A DNA stretch of 64,000 nt from an uncultured Haloferula sp. Lineage in GTDB: Bacteria > Verrucomicrobiota > Verrucomicrobiia > Verrucomicrobiales > Akkermansiaceae. The notes beneath the pieces were generated by a model, which had not been told where the DNA came from, ran no database searches, and saw nothing but the letters and a program-made list of their open reading frames with translations. The translations under genes were made by a program, and so were the position numbers. The stretch's first letter is position 1, and every line of letters begins with the position of its first letter. Location: the NCBI GenBank assembly GCA_965652295.1, contig CBFGTS010000001.1:576001-640000 (forward strand), given 5' to 3'. Below, in pieces: positions 45,839 through 57,165 of the stretch.

Positions 45839-46407
45839 GTCATGTCCTCATCCGGGGTCTGCTGGATCCAGCGAGCAAGCCGGGCTTGGGCGCACACCCA
45901 GTGGCGGTACACCGTTCGGACGCCGATATCCAAATAGGTGGCGACCTCCTCGTTGGTCATTCCTCCGAAGAATTTCAGCAGAACGACGCGGGCTTGCTCG
46001 GGATCGTCCTGTTCAAGCTTCGTCAGCGCCTCGTGGATCAGGAGAATATTTTCGGATGGACTGGTGTCCGCGATTTCGATCGCGCCGACATCGATCCGCT
46101 CCTGATCACCACCCCTTTTCAAGCGCGACTTGCGACGGGCCACATCGACAAGGATGCGTCGCATTGCCTGGGCTGCCGCGCCGAAAAAATGGGCGCGGTT
46201 TTCCCACGTGCGATCTCCTTCCCCGACGAGTTGGATCCAAGCTTCATGCACCAAAGCCGTGGCTTGGAGGGTTTGTCCCGGCGATTCCCTGGCCATCCGC
46301 GCCGCGGCCAGAGCACGCAGTTCCTGATAAACGAGCGCGAGCAGCTCGGAGGACGACGCCGGGTCATCCCGGCTCGCCTGCTGCAGCGCGAGGGTGATGT
46401 CGTTCAT
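45835..46407 (-). CDS. ECF sigma factor, ECF43/TIGR02999-like
   Basis: LVYQELR, TLQATALVHEAW, HFFGAAAQAMRRILVD, TVYRHW. Confidence 0.94.
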   Translation of the reverse strand: MNDITLALQQASRDDPASSSELLALVYQELRALAAARMARESPGQTLQATALVHEAWIQLVGEGDRTWENRAHFFGAAAQAMRRILVDVARRKSRLKRGGDQERIDVGAIEIADTSPSENILLIHEALTKLEQDDPEQARVVLLKFFGGMTNEEVATYLDIGVRTVYRHWVCAQARLARWIQQTPDEDMT

Positions 46408-46441
46408 CGGGAAATGGTGACGGTGCTCAGAAGCTGGACGT

Positions 46442-46588
46442 TCACTGTGGCTCAAGGGAAGGGAGCAGCCTGGACTCCTCGCCCTTGGCGAGGGGCAGGT
46501 CGGTGACTTGATCGTACCAGAACATCAGCGGCTCTGCGGCGTGGACGGTGGAGAGCAGGCCGACAGCGGCGGGGAGGCGGGGTTTCAT
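46442..46588 (-). pseudogene. 48-codon remnant of an internally deleted GH95-like gene
   Basis: Translates to MKPRLPAAVGLLSTVHAAEPLMFWYDQVTDLPLAKGEESRLLPSLEPQ; front resembles the GH95 N-terminus (LQLWYPQ), back resembles GH95 C-termini ([12 protein letters not shown]). Confidence 0.55.
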
Positions 46589-46594
46589 GGCGGG

Positions 46595-48388
<1,794 letters not shown>

Positions 48389-48415
48389 ATGAGTGATGAT
48401 GTCAGGGCGAAAAGT

Positions 48416-50593
48416 TCAATCGTGGTTCTCGGCCTCGATGGCGTCAGAGGCTTCCGTCGTGGCGCTTGCCCGGTCGGAGGCGACCGATTCTCCGGCGGAA
48501 TTGACGGCCGAGATCATGTAGTTGTAGGCGAACCCGGGAATGAGATCTTCATCCCGGTAACAGGTGTCCGTTACGTTCGCCACGATGAGGTCGGGGCCAT
48601 CGTTCGGGGTGGTTCGCTTGACGTTGTAGCTTTCTGCTCCGGGAACCGGCTTCCAGGAAAGGTCGATCCGGGATTTACCGGCTGGAGATGCGGTGAGCCC
48701 CTCGGGGGCGGCCGGGGCGTTCAGGCCGATGACCTTACCGAGAAACTGGATTTCTGCCACATCGCCTCTGCCGTCAGGCGGAGCGATGTAGCGGACAAAG
48801 CGGAACGGCGTGCTCTCCTCGACGTTCTGCGAGGTCAGCATTTCAGCCTCGGGAGCTTTGCGGACGGTGTATAGATCGACCGCATCACTGAAGTCCTGCA
48901 TGTTGGAGCCTTGGAATTTTCCGCCGACCATGCGGGAGGCCGCGTGGACGCGAGGGCAGTATTTGATCTCCGTGATGATGGCTGTCACCCCGGATCCGAG
49001 ATCCAGCCCTACCCACGCGTTGTTCTCCGGAGGATCGAAGTAATTGTCCAGCGAGCCATCAAAGACCTCGAACTTGTCGGCCCCGGCATTCTGGTAAGAT
49101 CCGTCGGTGCCGATGACCGCTCCGTGAAGCTGTCCGTCGGTCATGGCAGGTGCCGGTTTGCTGTCGGCGCTCTCGCCATCCGCATGGTTGGCCGAGACGA
49201 CGTAGTGGTAGGTGGTGCCGGCCTCGAGCCCCGGGTCGACGTAGTGCTGGGTGGGAGCCTGGACCGTGGCGATGGGGGTGAAGGGACCGCCTATCGCGGT
49301 GGCGCGCTTGACGTTGTAGCTTTTCGCACCGGCGGACCCGGCCCAGGAAAGGGTGATCTGGCGACCCTCGACGTAGGGGCGCAACGCGCTCGGCACGGCA
49401 CCCTTCGTGAGCGGTTCGCGGCTGTGGGTCAGCGTGGTGAATCCAAGGCCATCGAACCCACCACTACTACCGCCGTAGTTGAATCCCCCGCCTTCCGGGC
49501 GCGTCTTCTCAGCGAAGCGTCGGGTCCACGGAGCCGACAAGCCGCGGCGGTTGACGTAGTGGTTGTAAATGAGGTCCCAGCCCGGGCGCGTCATGCCGCG
49601 ACCGTGGGAGGATACGGTGGATTGGATCCAGTGCTTCTCCTTTCCGGGGTGCCCGTGAACGTAGTCGTAGGTGACCCATGGGACGTCGTGGGCGAGGTTG
49701 TACTTCGAGATGTATTCGACTCCTGTCAGAAAGCGGTTGTTCTTGGCGCCGTACAGATCGACGCCCTGGTTCCAGGCGATCTCGCAGGTGACTCCGAGGA
49801 GTTGCGGACCCATCAGGGTGTGACCCTGATCGCGTCCGGCTTCCTGCCATTGCCCCAGGCCGTTGGGATGAACGAAGTGGACGGCGTGCTCGATGTTCTC
49901 GTTTCCGGCACCGTTGTAGAAATAATCGATAGCTTCATCGAAGATCTTGCGATCGTCGCACAGCACACCGATCGAGATCATGGAGGCCTGAGCGGCATGC
50001 ACCCAGTTCGCCCAGTAGTGGGTGGGGACGGTGCCGTTGCGTCGGATGAGAAAATCTTTGTTGATGCGGTAGAACTGCTCCAACATGTAGCGTTGGAACG
50101 CGCGGAAGTCGGACCTTTGCCAGCCCCGGTAGTCGCGCAGCAACTCCGCGGCGCAGGCGAACTGATAGCCGTAGATCGCCGCCCTCAAGCCGACGTTCGA
50201 GTCGCCCGCCCACTCCTTGTGCTTCGAGGCCCAGGCGTTGAGGATCTCCACCGCCTTATCGGCAAACTTCTTTTCGCCGGAGCCGTGGTAGCGGAGAGCG
50301 AGTTGATAGACTTTGGCGCAATCGCGCGCCAAGCGGATGTAGTTCTCGCCGCCGCCACCGGCCTTGATGGGGGACTGCACACCGGGACCGTTGTTCACGA
50401 AGTTGTCCGTGTTTTTCACCAGCTTGTCCCAGCTGCTCTTCCAAGGCTCCTCACCTGCGGCGACCTTTTCCTTCATCCGGATGAGATCCGCTTCGGTGGA
50501 GAGGCAGCCGGGATGCTTGAAGCCGGCATGCGCGACGGGAAGGAAGGCCAGCGCGACGAGTGCGCCGGCGAGCATGGAGGAAAGTCGGCTCAT
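48416..50593 (-). CDS. Secreted alginate-lyase-fold (alpha/alpha toroid) polysaccharide lyase-like protein with FN3 and discoidin-like modules
   Basis: F.HPG....DL..MK.KV...EPW, YWANW, GQWQEAGRDQGH; two FN3-like repeats; start uncertain. Confidence 0.78.
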   Translation of the reverse strand: MSRLSSMLAGALVALAFLPVAHAGFKHPGCLSTEADLIRMKEKVAAGEEPWKSSWDKLVKNTDNFVNNGPGVQSPIKAGGGGENYIRLARDCAKVYQLALRYHGSGEKKFADKAVEILNAWASKHKEWAGDSNVGLRAAIYGYQFACAAELLRDYRGWQRSDFRAFQRYMLEQFYRINKDFLIRRNGTVPTHYWANWVHAAQASMISIGVLCDDRKIFDEAIDYFYNGAGNENIEHAVHFVHPNGLGQWQEAGRDQGHTLMGPQLLGVTCEIAWNQGVDLYGAKNNRFLTGVEYISKYNLAHDVPWVTYDYVHGHPGKEKHWIQSTVSSHGRGMTRPGWDLIYNHYVNRRGLSAPWTRRFAEKTRPEGGGFNYGGSSGGFDGLGFTTLTHSREPLTKGAVPSALRPYVEGRQITLSWAGSAGAKSYNVKRATAIGGPFTPIATVQAPTQHYVDPGLEAGTTYHYVVSANHADGESADSKPAPAMTDGQLHGAVIGTDGSYQNAGADKFEVFDGSLDNYFDPPENNAWVGLDLGSGVTAIITEIKYCPRVHAASRMVGGKFQGSNMQDFSDAVDLYTVRKAPEAEMLTSQNVEESTPFRFVRYIAPPDGRGDVAEIQFLGKVIGLNAPAAPEGLTASPAGKSRIDLSWKPVPGAESYNVKRTTPNDGPDLIVANVTDTCYRDEDLIPGFAYNYMISAVNSAGESVASDRASATTEASDAIEAENHD

Positions 50594-50631
50594 TTTTGGT
50601 CGGGTGCGTGATCTGAGTGGGTGCATCAAAA

Positions 50632-52335
50632 TTATCGGAGTCGGTCGATGGCGGCACCCATGCCGGGTCGGTCACGGACCGCTCCATGGGTGTAAACGAA
50701 CTCCCGATCGCTGTAGAGGGTGGCGCAGGAGTCGGGATGGTCGGCGCGGAGCTGGCGCCACTCGGTCCAGAGCTCGTCGTAGCGGGCGATGGCCGTTGCG
50801 ATCCGAGGATCGGGTTTTTGAGCGGCGGGCTTCTCCAGACTGAAGAGAATCGCACGGCACATCTGTTCGATGATTTCCGCCTTGATGCGGCCGTAGGTGG
50901 AGGAAACGCGGACGTATTCAGAGTTGCGTGCGTCGGGCAGTTTAAGTTGGCCGGCCAGGTTTTCGATCTCACGCCACTGGGTGGAGGCCTCGGCTTTTTC
51001 TGCGAGAAAGGCGGTGGTCTGATCGTCGGCGGCAACCTTCTTGAGGTCACGGGTGATATCGGCGAAATAGTGGTCGCGGTTCCACCATACGTTGAGTTTG
51101 TGGACGAGGCTGTTTTGCGAGCGCAGGACGGCGGAGGCCGAGAGCAGGGCGAGCCGCCGGAAGCGATCAAGGTCGGCGGGATCGCGGATGCCGGCGATTT
51201 CGCGGGCGAACTCGTTGAACACGTCCACCTCGGTGCGCGCGGGGTTTTGCGCCCACTTGGCCGCGACGTAGGTGTTCAGCTCGATCCAGAATTCGTTGGG
51301 GATGTAGGGACCCTTCCATCCGCCGCCTCGCGACCATGTCCAGACGCCGGCGAAGCGCGGATCGCCGACGAGATCGCGCAGACCCTTGGGGCCGGTGTGC
51401 CCGGCGTATTCCTCCCAGCCGTCGATGACGCCTTGGCCGTTGTAGTAGGGAAAGGCGCCTTTCCCATAGGCTTCGAGCTGGGCTTGGACCTCGACGATCT
51501 GGCGGTGCTTGCCGATGCCCAGGCAGGGGTTGAAGCGCGACAGACGGTGGAAGTCGCCCAGTTGATGCTTGATCGAGAAGATCAGGTTCGGGTGCGGCTC
51601 GACGTGGTTCGTGACGCCGAGATAATACCCGGGCTTGTCGTGCATGTGGCCGAAGTCCCAGGTGCGATAAAAGACCCGCTTGTCACGCTTCACGCAAATT
51701 TCCTCGCGGAGAAGGTTGATCAACTCGATATGGCTGGCCTCGCCGTTGAGGATCGGGTTGCCACCGGTGTGGTAAGGGACGTCATGCAGATAAGTTTCTC
51801 CGTGCCGCACCGTGAGTCCGCCCAGGTCGGGGAAACGCTCGAAGATCCCGGCGATCATCGCGCGAAGGACCTCCTTGGTCCGCGGGCGGGAGACATCGAC
51901 GCGGCCCTTCTCGTCGCAGAGTTCAGCCCGATATTTTTCGACCAGGCGTTTCGGCAGCACGATGAAATCGGTGAACGGATAGCAGGTTTGACCTTCCGCC
52001 TTCATCGAGCTGATCAAAGCATCGATTTCCCGAGCGTAGTCCTCGACCCACGCACGCTCCTTGCTGCCGACCGGAAAGATGTCCTTGTCAAAGGAGTCGT
52101 AGGTGATGGCGCTATGCACGAACTCGCGCGGGACATTGCCGTTGAAGCCCCAGGCGCTGAGTCGTGCGGGATCGAGGAACCGGGTCTGGAACTTCGCTTC
52201 GCCCGGGTTGTGATGAACCATGTCGAAGACAAAGGGCAACGACGGCGTGCCACCGAGGAGGGCGGAGGCTGGCGCGAACGTCAACGCGATGAGAGCGCCG
52301 AGCACGCGGATATTGGTAGATGCTCGGTATTTCAT
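50632..52335 (-). CDS. Secreted hypothetical protein, possibly an unclassified glycoside hydrolase
   Basis: Signal peptide; DMVHHNPGE, RHGET, YRTWDF, WTWSRGGGW.GPY; located in a glycan operon; no family recognised. Confidence 0.7.
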   Translation of the reverse strand: MKYRASTNIRVLGALIALTFAPASALLGGTPSLPFVFDMVHHNPGEAKFQTRFLDPARLSAWGFNGNVPREFVHSAITYDSFDKDIFPVGSKERAWVEDYAREIDALISSMKAEGQTCYPFTDFIVLPKRLVEKYRAELCDEKGRVDVSRPRTKEVLRAMIAGIFERFPDLGGLTVRHGETYLHDVPYHTGGNPILNGEASHIELINLLREEICVKRDKRVFYRTWDFGHMHDKPGYYLGVTNHVEPHPNLIFSIKHQLGDFHRLSRFNPCLGIGKHRQIVEVQAQLEAYGKGAFPYYNGQGVIDGWEEYAGHTGPKGLRDLVGDPRFAGVWTWSRGGGWKGPYIPNEFWIELNTYVAAKWAQNPARTEVDVFNEFAREIAGIRDPADLDRFRRLALLSASAVLRSQNSLVHKLNVWWNRDHYFADITRDLKKVAADDQTTAFLAEKAEASTQWREIENLAGQLKLPDARNSEYVRVSSTYGRIKAEIIEQMCRAILFSLEKPAAQKPDPRIATAIARYDELWTEWRQLRADHPDSCATLYSDREFVYTHGAVRDRPGMGAAIDRLR

Positions 52336-52356
52336 CCTAGCAAGAGACATGAGCTT

Positions 52357-52467
52357 CAGATGGACGCAGATGTGTGCTGATTTTAAGAGTGTTATGGAGA
52401 TCTTGAGAGCAGCCCTGCGGGTGAACCCTCAAGTCGACCCCGCTCTTTAAATATCTGCGTGCATCTG
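52357..52467. repeat. Intergenic inverted repeat with 9-nt periodicity
   Basis: CAGATGGACGCAGAT vs ATCTGCGTGCATCTG (14/15 complementary) flanking an ~80-nt spacer. Confidence 0.7.
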
Positions 52468-52537
52468 CGGTTCTGTTTTCCTGTTTGGGTTCTGGGGTAT
52501 CAGTTCCATCCGGGGGAGTCGCTCACAGCGTCAAAGC

Positions 52538-54928
52538 TCAATGGAGGCGCAGGAGGTTTGGACCGAAGTGATAGGTCTCGCCCCGACGGGTCGGAAGGTC
52601 GATGACGCGGTCATCGAGACGGGCTTTGAGGGGCGCTCCGGCGAATGAGCGGAAGGCGGCTTTGGTGAGCTTTCCGTCCTGCCATGTCAGGTCGACCTCG
52701 AAGCCACCGCGGACTCTCAGTCCCTTCACCGACCCTTCGGGCCAGGCGGAGGGCAGGGCGGGCAGAAGCACGATCTCGCCGGTATGGCTCTGCACGAGCA
52801 TCTCGCAGATGCCGGCCGTCGCGGCGAAGTTTCCGTCGATCTGGAAGGGAGGATGCGCGTCGAGAAGATTCGGATAGGTGCCTCCACCTTTCCACGTGGT
52901 ATCGTTCTCGTCGGAGTTCTCCCGGACGAGCTTGAGCTGATTCATCAAAAGCTGGAAGGCATGATCTCCTTCAAGAAATCGCGACCACAGGCTGATTTTC
53001 CAACCGAGGGACCAGCCGGTGCCGCCATCGCCCCGGAAGATCAGCGACTGCCGAGCGGCTTTCATGAAGTCCGGGGTCTCCCACGTGATGTCTTCGCCCG
53101 GGAAGACTCCCCAAAGGTGCGAAACGTGCCGGTGCTGGTAGTCGGGGTCGTCCTTGTCCTCGAGCCATTCCTGCAATTGGCCATGCTTGCCGATCTTGTT
53201 GGGCGCGATGCGAGCGCGCAGCTTGTCGAGTTGAGCGGCGAATGTCTCGTCCTTGTCCAGGAGACGCGCGGCTTCGGCCGTCCAGGAAAAGAGGCTGCGG
53301 ATGATCTGGTGGTCCATGGTCGGTCCCATCACCAGGCCGCCATTCTCGGGAGAATTCGAGGGTCCGCTGATCAAGGCACCGCTCTCCGGGTCTTCGATCA
53401 GGAAATCGACGAAGAACAACGAGGCGTCCTTCAAAACAGGATAAGCGCGTTCTGCGAGAAACTTCCGGTCTCCGGAATACCTCCAATGTTCCCACAGGTG
53501 CTGGCACAGCCAGGCTCCGCCGGTCGGCCAGATCCCGTGGTTGGCATTGTTGATGGGAGCCGTGCCGCGCCAGAGGTCGGTGTTGTGGTGGAGCACCCAG
53601 CCGCGTGTGCCGTAGTGCGCCTCGGCGGTCTTGCGGCCACTGAGAACGACGTCGTCGATCAGGGAAAAGAGCGGCTCGGCGCACTCGGGAAGGTTCGTGA
53701 CCTCCGCCGGCCAATAGTTCATCGGCAGATTGATGTTGGTCGTGTATTTCGAGCCCCACGGCGGGCTGAGTTTATCGTTCCAGATGCCCTGGAGATTGGC
53801 CGCCTGGGTGCCGGGACGGCTGCTTGAGATGAGCAGGTAGCGTCCGTATTGGAAAAGGAGTTCCGCCAGGTCGGGATCCCCGCTCTTGTCGGCTGCGGCG
53901 ATCCGCTCGTCCGTTGGGAGCGCCGCCGTCTTTTCCGGGGTTGCGCCCAGATCGATCGCGACGCGTCGGAAAAGCCGCTGATGGTCGGCGACATGGGCTT
54001 TGCGCAGAGCGGCGAAATCCTTGCCGATCGCCGCCTTCATCGCGTCGAGGGATCGTTTCTCTGGATCGCCCCCGATTTCCTGGAAGTTCTCGAAAGCCGA
54101 CGCCGCCGTCACCAGCAAGGTCGCGGCATCCGCGCCTTCGACACGGATGTTTCCTTCGTCATCGACGGAGGAACGTCCGCCCTGCGTGACCACCCGCAAC
54201 CGCGCTGCGAATGGCAGCCCATCTTTTCTTCCCTGCACCCGACCTGACAACAGCACTTCGCTGTCACCTTGGCCGGTCACCGAAAAATCCTCGTGCGGGC
54301 TGGTGAGGCTCGCGCGGAAACTCACGCTGCCGGGGCGATCCGCCGAGAGATGCTCGACCAGGACCTGGTCCGGATGGCTGGAGAAAGTTTCACGGGTATA
54401 GGTCGCATCGCCCACCCGGTAGCGCACGGTCGCCACCGCGGTATCGAGGTCGAGGTCGCGACGATAGTCGCTCGCCTTCTCATGGCCGTCCAAGCGAAGC
54501 CGAAGGTCGCCGAGCGGCTGATAGCTATGCTGCCTCAACGGCACGCTCATGAACTTCTCGTTGGCGAGCGCTTCGGCTTCTTTCTGTTTCCCCTCGAAAA
54601 GCAGCCGTCGGATTTCGGGCAGGACTTCCACCGCGCCTTCGTGCTGGTACTCGTGCGGAGTTCCGGTCCAGACCGTGTCTTCATTGAACTGCAAGCGCTC
54701 TTCCGCGGTGCCTCCGAAGACCATCGCGCCGAGGCGGCCGTTTCCGACCGGGAGCGCTTCGGTCCAGACCTTGGCCGGTTGCGGATACCATAACTGCAGC
54801 GCGTGGGTCGTCCCGGCATTCGAGCCAGCCTCCATGGAGGGAGCATTCTCTGCCGCTGTCGCTTTGGCCGGCACGGCGGCGCAGCCGGCAAGCAGAAGGG
54901 TGGTGAGATATCGTCGGGTGGGTTTCAT
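52538..54928 (-). CDS. GH95 alpha-L-fucosidase
   Basis: [63 protein letters not shown]. Confidence 0.95.
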   Translation of the reverse strand: MKPTRRYLTTLLLAGCAAVPAKATAAENAPSMEAGSNAGTTHALQLWYPQPAKVWTEALPVGNGRLGAMVFGGTAEERLQFNEDTVWTGTPHEYQHEGAVEVLPEIRRLLFEGKQKEAEALANEKFMSVPLRQHSYQPLGDLRLRLDGHEKASDYRRDLDLDTAVATVRYRVGDATYTRETFSSHPDQVLVEHLSADRPGSVSFRASLTSPHEDFSVTGQGDSEVLLSGRVQGRKDGLPFAARLRVVTQGGRSSVDDEGNIRVEGADAATLLVTAASAFENFQEIGGDPEKRSLDAMKAAIGKDFAALRKAHVADHQRLFRRVAIDLGATPEKTAALPTDERIAAADKSGDPDLAELLFQYGRYLLISSSRPGTQAANLQGIWNDKLSPPWGSKYTTNINLPMNYWPAEVTNLPECAEPLFSLIDDVVLSGRKTAEAHYGTRGWVLHHNTDLWRGTAPINNANHGIWPTGGAWLCQHLWEHWRYSGDRKFLAERAYPVLKDASLFFVDFLIEDPESGALISGPSNSPENGGLVMGPTMDHQIIRSLFSWTAEAARLLDKDETFAAQLDKLRARIAPNKIGKHGQLQEWLEDKDDPDYQHRHVSHLWGVFPGEDITWETPDFMKAARQSLIFRGDGGTGWSLGWKISLWSRFLEGDHAFQLLMNQLKLVRENSDENDTTWKGGGTYPNLLDAHPPFQIDGNFAATAGICEMLVQSHTGEIVLLPALPSAWPEGSVKGLRVRGGFEVDLTWQDGKLTKAAFRSFAGAPLKARLDDRVIDLPTRRGETYHFGPNLLRLH

Positions 54929-54939
54929 GGCGCGGAGGG

Positions 54940-57162
54940 TTATTGGATACGGGTAAGATCCGGACCGAATCGGTAGGATTCGCCCCGGCGGGTCGGCAGT
55001 GGGACCACGCGCTCGCCCAAGCGGACTTTGAGCGGCTCGCCGTTCATGGAGCGGATTTCGGCCGAAGTGAGCTTCCCTTTTTCCCAAACGACATCGACCT
55101 CGAAGCCGCCGCGGGCGCGCAGACCTTTGACGTGGCCGGCGGGCCAGACTTCGGGCAGGGCGGGGAGCAGCTCGATTTCGCCGGCGTGGCTCTGCACGAG
55201 CATTTCGGAAATGCCGGCGGTGATGCCGAAGTTGCCGTCGATCTGGAACGGCGGGTGGGTGGTCCAGAGGTTGTCGAGGGTGTTGTAGGCGAGCAGCCCG
55301 GCGACGCAGCCGTGGGCGCGTTCGGGCTTGCCGAGGCGGGCCCAGAGGGCGGTGCGCCAGGCCCAGGTCCACGAGCGGCGGCTGTCGCCGACCTCACCGC
55401 GCCGGGTGAGGGAAACGCGCGCCGCTTCGGCGAGTTCGGGCGTGTCCGTCTGGCTGATCTGGACGCCGGGGTAAACGGCGTAGAGGTGGCTGGTGTGGCG
55501 GTGGTTGCTTTTCTCGAACTCGGGCTTTTCCTCCATCCACTCCATGAGCTGGCCCCACGAGCCGATCTTCGGGCCGTAGAGCTTGGTGATGGCTTCCTCG
55601 AGGCGCTTCTGCAAGTCGCTGTCGGTTTTGAGTTCGCGCGCCGCGACGAGGGTGTTGGTGAAAAGATCCCACATGAGTTGCTGGGCGTGGGCGGTGCCGT
55701 CTTCGTGCGGGCCATGCTCGTGCGACCAAGCGTTTGGGACGACGAGTTGGCCGTCGGGAAGTTCCTTGAGGCGGCCGAGCCAGAATTTCGAAACGTCCCG
55801 CAGCCACGGCCAGGCGGTGTTTTCGAGGAACTCGCGGTCGCCGGAGAAGGCGTAGTGTTCCGAGAAATGCTGGGCGAGCCAGGCGGTGCCCTCGATGTTC
55901 CAGTTCCAGCCGGTGCCGCCGAAGGGGTTGATCGACATGCGGGTGACGAACCCCTCGGTATCCTCGCCGTATTCCTTGATGGTGTATTTCCGATAGATCG
56001 GCGCGCTGACGCTGAGGAACTCGAACAGAGGCTTGGAGAGTTCGGGTAGGTTCGCGACTTCCGCCAGCCAGTAGTTCATCTGGAGGTTGATGTTGGTGTG
56101 GTAGTCGCTGTACCAGGCGGGCTTGTTGCTGTCGTTCCACACCCCCTGGAGATTGGCCGGCAGCGTGCCGGGGCGGGAGGAACCGATGAGGAGGTAGCGG
56201 CCATACTGGAAGAGCAGTGCTTCCAGTTCGGGGTCGAGGCAGGGGCGGGGAAGTTCCTTGGCTTGATTGCGGTAGCGCTGGATGCGCTGGTTGATGGGCA
56301 GCGAAACGACCTCGGGATCGCTCTTGCCGAGATCGATGGAAACGCGGTCGAACAGGCTGCGGTGGTCCTTTTCGTGGCGGGCGAGCAGTTCCTTCCAGCC
56401 GTGTTTGGTGGCTTCGTCGAGCCGACGTTTCATCTCGTCGGCCGGATCGCCTTTCATCCATCCGGCGTCGGGGTCCTTCACGTAGTTGGTGTCGGCGGCG
56501 AGCAGGACGAGCGCTTGTTCGCAGTCGGTCAAGCGGATGGCTTCGCCGTCCTTCACCCATTTGCCGCCGTGGACGAAGACGCGGAGGCGGACTTCGTATT
56601 TCAGGCCGTTGGGAAGCTCGCCGACGAGACGCAGGTCGCTGCCGTCCCACTTGATCTTGTCACGCGTGCCGTGCTGGCCCTTGAGCTCAAACAGCCCGTC
56701 GATCGTCCCGTCCTCGGCGGAGAGGTGCCAGGCGAGGACCTCGTCGGGAAAGGAAACGAAGGCCTCACGGGTGTGGGCGGAACGGCCGGCTTTCCAGCTC
56801 GCGGTGTGGACGGCCTGCTGGATGTCGAGTTCCCGATGGAAATCGGAAACCTCGTCGGAGTCCGCGGCCGTGAACGTCAGGTCGCCCATGGTCTGAAAAG
56901 CTCCGAAGCTTCCCTGACCGCGCCTCTTCTCTTTCGCGTCGTAGCCGCCGGTCGGGTTCTCGTCGCCGGTCCACAGCGAATCGACGGTGAACTGGATCCG
57001 GTCGCGGGCGGGATCGGCCATGGCCACGGCTCCGATCGTGCCATTGCCCAAGGGCAGGCCGTGCTTTTCCCAGTCTTTTGCCGGTTCGTCGAAACGAAGG
57101 GTGAGAGGTGTGGCGGTGGATGCCGCCGTCAGGCAGGCGAGGTAGCAAAGAGTCTTCTTCAT
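54940..57162 (-). CDS. GH95 alpha-L-fucosidase (second paralog)
   Basis: [48 protein letters not shown]. Confidence 0.95.
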   Translation of the reverse strand: MKKTLCYLACLTAASTATPLTLRFDEPAKDWEKHGLPLGNGTIGAVAMADPARDRIQFTVDSLWTGDENPTGGYDAKEKRRGQGSFGAFQTMGDLTFTAADSDEVSDFHRELDIQQAVHTASWKAGRSAHTREAFVSFPDEVLAWHLSAEDGTIDGLFELKGQHGTRDKIKWDGSDLRLVGELPNGLKYEVRLRVFVHGGKWVKDGEAIRLTDCEQALVLLAADTNYVKDPDAGWMKGDPADEMKRRLDEATKHGWKELLARHEKDHRSLFDRVSIDLGKSDPEVVSLPINQRIQRYRNQAKELPRPCLDPELEALLFQYGRYLLIGSSRPGTLPANLQGVWNDSNKPAWYSDYHTNINLQMNYWLAEVANLPELSKPLFEFLSVSAPIYRKYTIKEYGEDTEGFVTRMSINPFGGTGWNWNIEGTAWLAQHFSEHYAFSGDREFLENTAWPWLRDVSKFWLGRLKELPDGQLVVPNAWSHEHGPHEDGTAHAQQLMWDLFTNTLVAARELKTDSDLQKRLEEAITKLYGPKIGSWGQLMEWMEEKPEFEKSNHRHTSHLYAVYPGVQISQTDTPELAEAARVSLTRRGEVGDSRRSWTWAWRTALWARLGKPERAHGCVAGLLAYNTLDNLWTTHPPFQIDGNFGITAGISEMLVQSHAGEIELLPALPEVWPAGHVKGLRARGGFEVDVVWEKGKLTSAEIRSMNGEPLKVRLGERVVPLPTRRGESYRFGPDLTRIQ

Positions 57163-57165
57163 GAA

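Noticed and set aside
54929..55372. Apparent overlap or frameshift fusion between the two GH95 genes
   Set aside because: Each has its own signal peptide and complete domain; the extension is an alternative frame of the upstream gene
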